The notes under the pieces: model-generated | What the model was told of the DNA's origin: nothing | The model's input: only the letters and a program-made list of their open reading frames with translations | Databases searched by the model: none | In this document: in pieces, positions 58,658 to 64,000 of the stretch | How positions within the stretch are numbered: position 1 is the first letter of the stretch | How the letters are laid out: the number at the start of each line of letters is the position of its first letter | NCBI RefSeq assembly: GCF_006345805.1 | Contig: NW_021834662.1 | Coordinates: 32,971-96,970 of the forward strand | From: Octopus sinensis | Taxonomy: Eukaryota | Direction: 5' to 3' | Length of the DNA: 64,000 nucleotides | Made by a program: the position numbers and the translations under genes

Positions 58658-58693
<36 letters not shown>

Positions 58694-58790
58694 AATATAT
58701 ATACATATAGAAAGATAGAATATAAATATACGTATGTATGTATATATACATATATATGTGTAGACATACATACATACATGCATACATACA

Positions 58791-58824
<34 letters not shown>

Positions 58825-59708
58825 ACTTAGATCACTTAGATATGCTTCGACCAAAAATTGGTCAAGTTTTGTAATATCGTGGTCCATTCGAGTAGGAAAT
58901 TCTTGTTGAGTGAGTTGTATCGAGGTATAGGTGGTTTATCTGGTATTCCTTGAAGAAATTTGTCCAGATTCCCTTTAAAGGTGATGGGATCCTTTTCCTC
59001 TTTGATCTCTTTCGGGACACTGTTAAATAGGGCAGGGCCTGTTGAGGAAAAGAAATTGTATTTATGCGCTGTGATCCTGAACTGGGTAGGGGACGTATGG
59101 CCCGTGGTCCTAGGCGTGGATGAATTTTGAATCTAATGTTGAGGTCATTTGGGCAATACTGGCGGTATATTGTCCATATCATGCAAATGATATATAACAC
59201 ATACACACACACGCATACACACACACACACACACACCACACACACACACACACACATACACACACATATATATATGTATATATACATATACACATGGCTG
59301 TGTTGTAAGAAGCTCACTTCTCAACCACGCGGTTCCAGGTTCAGTCCCATTGCGTAACACCTTGGGCAAGTGTCTTCTACTAGGCCTTATACTGAGTATT
59401 AGGTTCGACACATTCGACTAAAATTGCAAGATGATGCTCCATATATACATATATATATAAATTTTTGCCTTCAGAATGAGATAAAAAAACCCAAGGTTGT
59501 GAAGATTTTAGAACATTTATAAATAGAAGGTCTTACAGCTGATATTGCAGTTGTAGATCCATTATTTAGGCAGAATGGTATACATATAAGATTCCAATAC
59601 GTTGTGAGTAAATTCCATTTGTATTTAAAATTGGTCATTAAATAATATTGGAATCTACAATGACCAATTATATATATATTACAAACACACACACACAAAC
59701 ACACACAC

Positions 59709-59759
<51 letters not shown>

Positions 59760-59760
59760 A

Positions 59761-59978
59761 AGTTATCCCTCGCCACATCGAGGTTCAGTTATCGCGGTTT
59801 ATTATTTAAGCTTACGCCGATTCCTCTGTGGTGTTGTTTTACATGTATAATAAAATAAATATATACAAATCATAAAAATAATAAAAAATATACAGGACAG
59901 TACTGTTTCTACTTCACGGATTTTCACCTATCGCGGGGTTTTTGGAGCGTAACATCCGAGACAGACGAGGGATTACTG
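59761..59978. mobile_element. Tigger/pogo-like MITE
   Basis: Inverted termini agttatccctcg ... cgagggattactg, about 220 bp, AT-rich interior. Confidence 0.6.
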
Positions 59979-60812
59979 TGCGTGTATATATAAATATTCC
60001 ATAATTATAAACATAATTATAAGCAGGGGGCAGCAAGTTGCTTCGCCACGTACAGAATTTAGAAATAAGAGTTAAAATGCCTTTTCTACTACCAACACTT
60101 CCAAAAATATACAGCCGATTGTTATTATTGCAATATATATATATAGATTGAGATTTTGTATATTGTTCCCTTGAAAATGTAAGCATATATTCTCCTATTG
60201 CCCCTGCTTAAGCATGGATCGGGTTTAAAACCGAATCTGAATTAGACGATTGCGTATACTGGTCAGTAATATCGGTTTCGAATTTTGGCACAAGGCTAGC
60301 AATTTTGGGGGGTGAAGGGAGATTGTCGATTATATCGACTTTAGTGTTCAATTGGTAAATCGGAAAAGATGTGAGACAAAATCGATGTTAGTGGAATTCG
60401 AACTCAGAACCTCAAGACGGGCGAAATGCAGGCGTTCAAACGGTTCTACCATTTGCCAGTTAAAGAAATCGTATTAAAAATATGATAGTAACGACTTGCT
60501 ATTTTATAGACATTATGACATTACAAATTCGTGTGTTAGCCTGTGTTAATGTGCGTATTTATATATATATTATATATATATATATATATATATGCACACA
60601 CACAAACTTGTAGGTATATGTACGACGGTCTTTGTTCTTGTCTACCAAACCCACGAATAAGGCTTAGTCGGTTGGAGGCTATAGCAGAAGACAGTAGCCC
60701 AAGGTACCACGCAGTGAGGCTGAGACTGAACCCAGAACCATTTAGTTTTGAAGAAAAAAATCTTACCACACATCCGTGATATTTTACGTTTGGATTATAT
60801 ATATAGCATTAT

Positions 60813-60869
<57 letters not shown>

Positions 60870-60877
<8 letters not shown>

Positions 60878-61019
60878 TAGGTAGGTAGATAGATAGATAG
60901 ATACATACATAGTTAGATAGGCAGAGAGGAGGGAGAGAGAGAGAAGGTGGAGCCCCCTTCCTATTCACCATTTATTTAGTTATTTATTAGTCATTTACCA
61001 TTGTATTGGAATAATATAT

Positions 61020-61066
<47 letters not shown>

Positions 61067-61227
61067 ATATATAATATATATTCCAATACAATGGTAAATG
61101 ACTAAATATAATAACTAAATAAATGGTGAATAGGAAGGGGGCTCCACCTTCTCTCTCTCTCTCTCCCTCTCTCTGCCTATCTAACTATGTATGTATCTAT
61201 CTATCTATCTACCTACCTATATTTCTA
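60870..61227. repeat. Fold-back duplication centred on (TA)n
   Basis: 60870-61012 is a near-exact reverse complement of 61080-61227. Confidence 0.9.
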
Positions 61228-61431
61228 TCTATCTATCTCCACTGTCAATGGAACCTCACCCCAAAAAGACAAAAAACCCCATTGTTTTATATATGAACAA
61301 ACTGTATATTCACGAAATTCTATTTGACAAGTTCGAGAAATGAACGAAAGCGCTATTAATAATGAAGAAATAAAAAAAATTTTTCTAAAATTCTGACGAC
61401 TTTTTTCTCAATTCAACATACATACCATACA

Positions 61432-61467
<36 letters not shown>

Positions 61468-61521
61468 TACTATATATGTTATATATATATATATATATAA
61501 TATATAATATATATTATATAT

Positions 61522-61592
<71 letters not shown>

Positions 61593-61817
61593 GGTGGGAA
61601 GCCAATCAACTAAGCGATCTTATAATCTTTTGATCTTTTGATCTTTTAATCTTTACTCTCTATGTTTAATTATTACTATTACTAGTATATATTTGTGCAG
61701 CACACAGTCTTTGCATGTCTATATATTCTTATAATGCTCCCTTTTGTTTTGGAATAGACATAATAGTATATCTACCGGCTGATGTCATTTTTGTTCTCCT
61801 CCATTTTCTTTTTGCAG

Positions 61818-61855
<38 letters not shown>

Positions 61856-62527
61856 GATATATATATATGTAACAACATGTATAATTAATTCAATAACAAA
61901 ATGATGCGTGATTGGTTTCAACCTCAGTAATAATGAATGAAATGGAGTAATTACTGATATTCAAATAACATATAAGTTGTGTGACCGAAAGAAGGAATCA
62001 AAGATAGAGTTAAAGGAAGAAAGAAATTTTTGAAAACAACAAATAAATTATAATTGGAAGGTGAAAAGTAAAGATATATATGGAAGACAATAATGGTAAT
62101 AATCTAATCGTACAGCGAAAGTATGATGACAATGAAGAAAATATGAAAGGTATGAATAAAGAAGTGGAAACGGTGATAGGAAGGAGACGAGGTGAAGGAA
62201 ATAATGAAATAAAATGAAAGAAGTGAAGAATAAAGTTAAGAAGGGAGAATAAGAATATCTTTTATGTGTTTCAGTTATTTGGTTGCGGCCATGCTGGGAC
62301 ACCGTCTTCAGGGGAAAATTAACTCCTAATACACCTGTTTTTGTTTTTCAGTCTGGTTTCTTCTAACGGTTTTCTTTTGCCGAACTGCTAAGGCTACAAG
62401 GACGTAAACAAAACGAATACTGGCTGTCAAATAGTGGGAATGGGTGGGTTAAAAACCCGCACGCACATTCACATACACACGCATGTGTGTTTGTACGTAC
62501 ATACAACACACACACACACACACACAC

Positions 62528-62577
<50 letters not shown>

Positions 62578-62720
62578 TGAGGGTACTACTATACGTAGAT
62601 ACCAACACGCTAAGAGGGACCAATGCGATCAAAACTACTAAAAAACTACTACGAGGTTTTTCACGCTGACTACTGATAATTACTTTTAAAGATTTTATCC
62701 TCAATAGTTAATATATATAT

Positions 62721-62778
<58 letters not shown>

Positions 62779-63014
62779 GACGAACTCCACATAGTTTCTG
62801 TCGACCAAAATCACTCTCAAGGCATTGGTCTCAGCCGAGTCCATTGTAGAAGACACTTGCTCAAGTTGCCGTGCAGTGGGACTGAACCTGAGACCATGTG
62901 GTTGCAAAGCGATCTTGTTAACCACTTAACCATGTCTGCATCTATTTTATATATTGAGAAGGAATTTATATGTGATGAAGCATGGATGAAAGGAAGTTAA
63001 ATTGAAAATCTGAA

Positions 63015-63320
63015 ATAAGGACCCAAAACTGTAACAGCTTAGGCTTCAAGGATCCACAGCTAATTAAAATTCTGCCATACCGCCTCAGAGATTTGCAAGG
63101 TGTAAATGTGTAGGTCTTCATAGTGCGTCTGAATAATATTTTTCTTTATATTTTTATCACTGATACCAGATGAGTCTACATCGCGGTCGAAGGCACAAAG
63201 AAGAACAGTTTTGTGCAACTCGCAGCTTTACCAGAAACAAAGTAGGAAAGAAACCCAAATACACTGAAAGGTGGTGCTCCAGCATGGCCTATGTCTCTAG
63301 CTGAAACCAGTAGAAAATGA
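63015..63320 (+). mobile_element. Old 3'-end relic of a CR1-group LINE
   Basis: CNSLGFKDPQL..ILPYRLRDLQGV and IPDESTSR match the LINE C-terminus, followed by the ggtgctccagcatggcc..gctgaaac tail. Confidence 0.75.
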
Positions 63321-64000
63321 GAGATGAAAATAAAGGGAATGTGTGATAAGGAAATTAAAACGGAAGGAGGAAAAAGTTATGTGAGCGAATAAATTAAGAA
63401 AGAATTTTATTGAGTGAATGAATGATGATAAAGAAGAAAGGATGAATGATAGAGAAGAATAAAGAAAATGTATCAATTGAATGAGTTATGATTAAAAAAA
63501 AATGAATCACTGAATGAGATGGTAAAATTTATACGAATGACAGTCTCATTGAAGAAGAATTGAGTGAAGCAATCGAAGTTTACGAATAATGAATAAGTAA
63601 TGAATGAATTTGAATGAGTGAATGAATTTATTCCTTTATCGAATGAAATTAAAACATGAATGTATAAATGGATGATTCTAGAAAAGAATGAAGTAAATCG
63701 AGACATGAATAAAAGATGGTAAAATATAATTGAATAAAGTTGAAATATGAACGAACGAAATTGAAATGCAAGAAATAATGTAAAAGGAATGAAGAAATTG
63801 AAACATAAATAAATGAATAAAAGTTGTCTGAATATGAAGGAACGAACAAGCGAATGAAAGAAGTTTAAATGAATGAAAGAAAGGAAATTGAACGAAGGAA
63901 ATTAAAAATGAATAATGGAATTTAAAACAGAAATGAATAAGGGAATAATATTAGAATGTGAATGAAAACATAAATGAAAGAAGGAAAATGAATGAAGAAA
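63320..64000. repeat. Degenerate purine-rich (GAAT/GAA) low-complexity repeat
   Basis: Recurrent aatg/gaat/gaa units with strong strand asymmetry. Confidence 0.75.

Overview
AT-rich, microsatellite-saturated eukaryotic DNA. The SINE families and repeat landscape suggest an octopus genome (inference). There is one host gene: a Fer3/FERD3L-class bHLH transcription factor (50610-52085, minus strand) with long poly-Q/H/N/A tracts. The rest is mobile DNA: a Tc1 element, a maT-like mariner, CR1-group LINEs, L1/Tx1-like and restriction-like-endonuclease (R4/Dong-like) LINE fragments, a Merlin-like fold-back element, Tigger-like and Helentron-like non-autonomous elements, and more than 20 tRNA-derived SINE copies. 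The most striking pattern is invisible in the ORF track. About a dozen short ORF-less elements sit in (TA)n tracts, mostly as inverted repeats, and carry minimal type-I hammerhead ribozyme motifs with palindromic stem III, as known for Penelope-like element termini and retrozymes. Across sequence-divergent families the core 3-8 pair appears as C-G, U-A, G-C and U-G, which argues for selection on self-cleavage. Two further families carry the core halves in permuted order. All alignments and folds were done by eye, and repeat boundaries are approximate.
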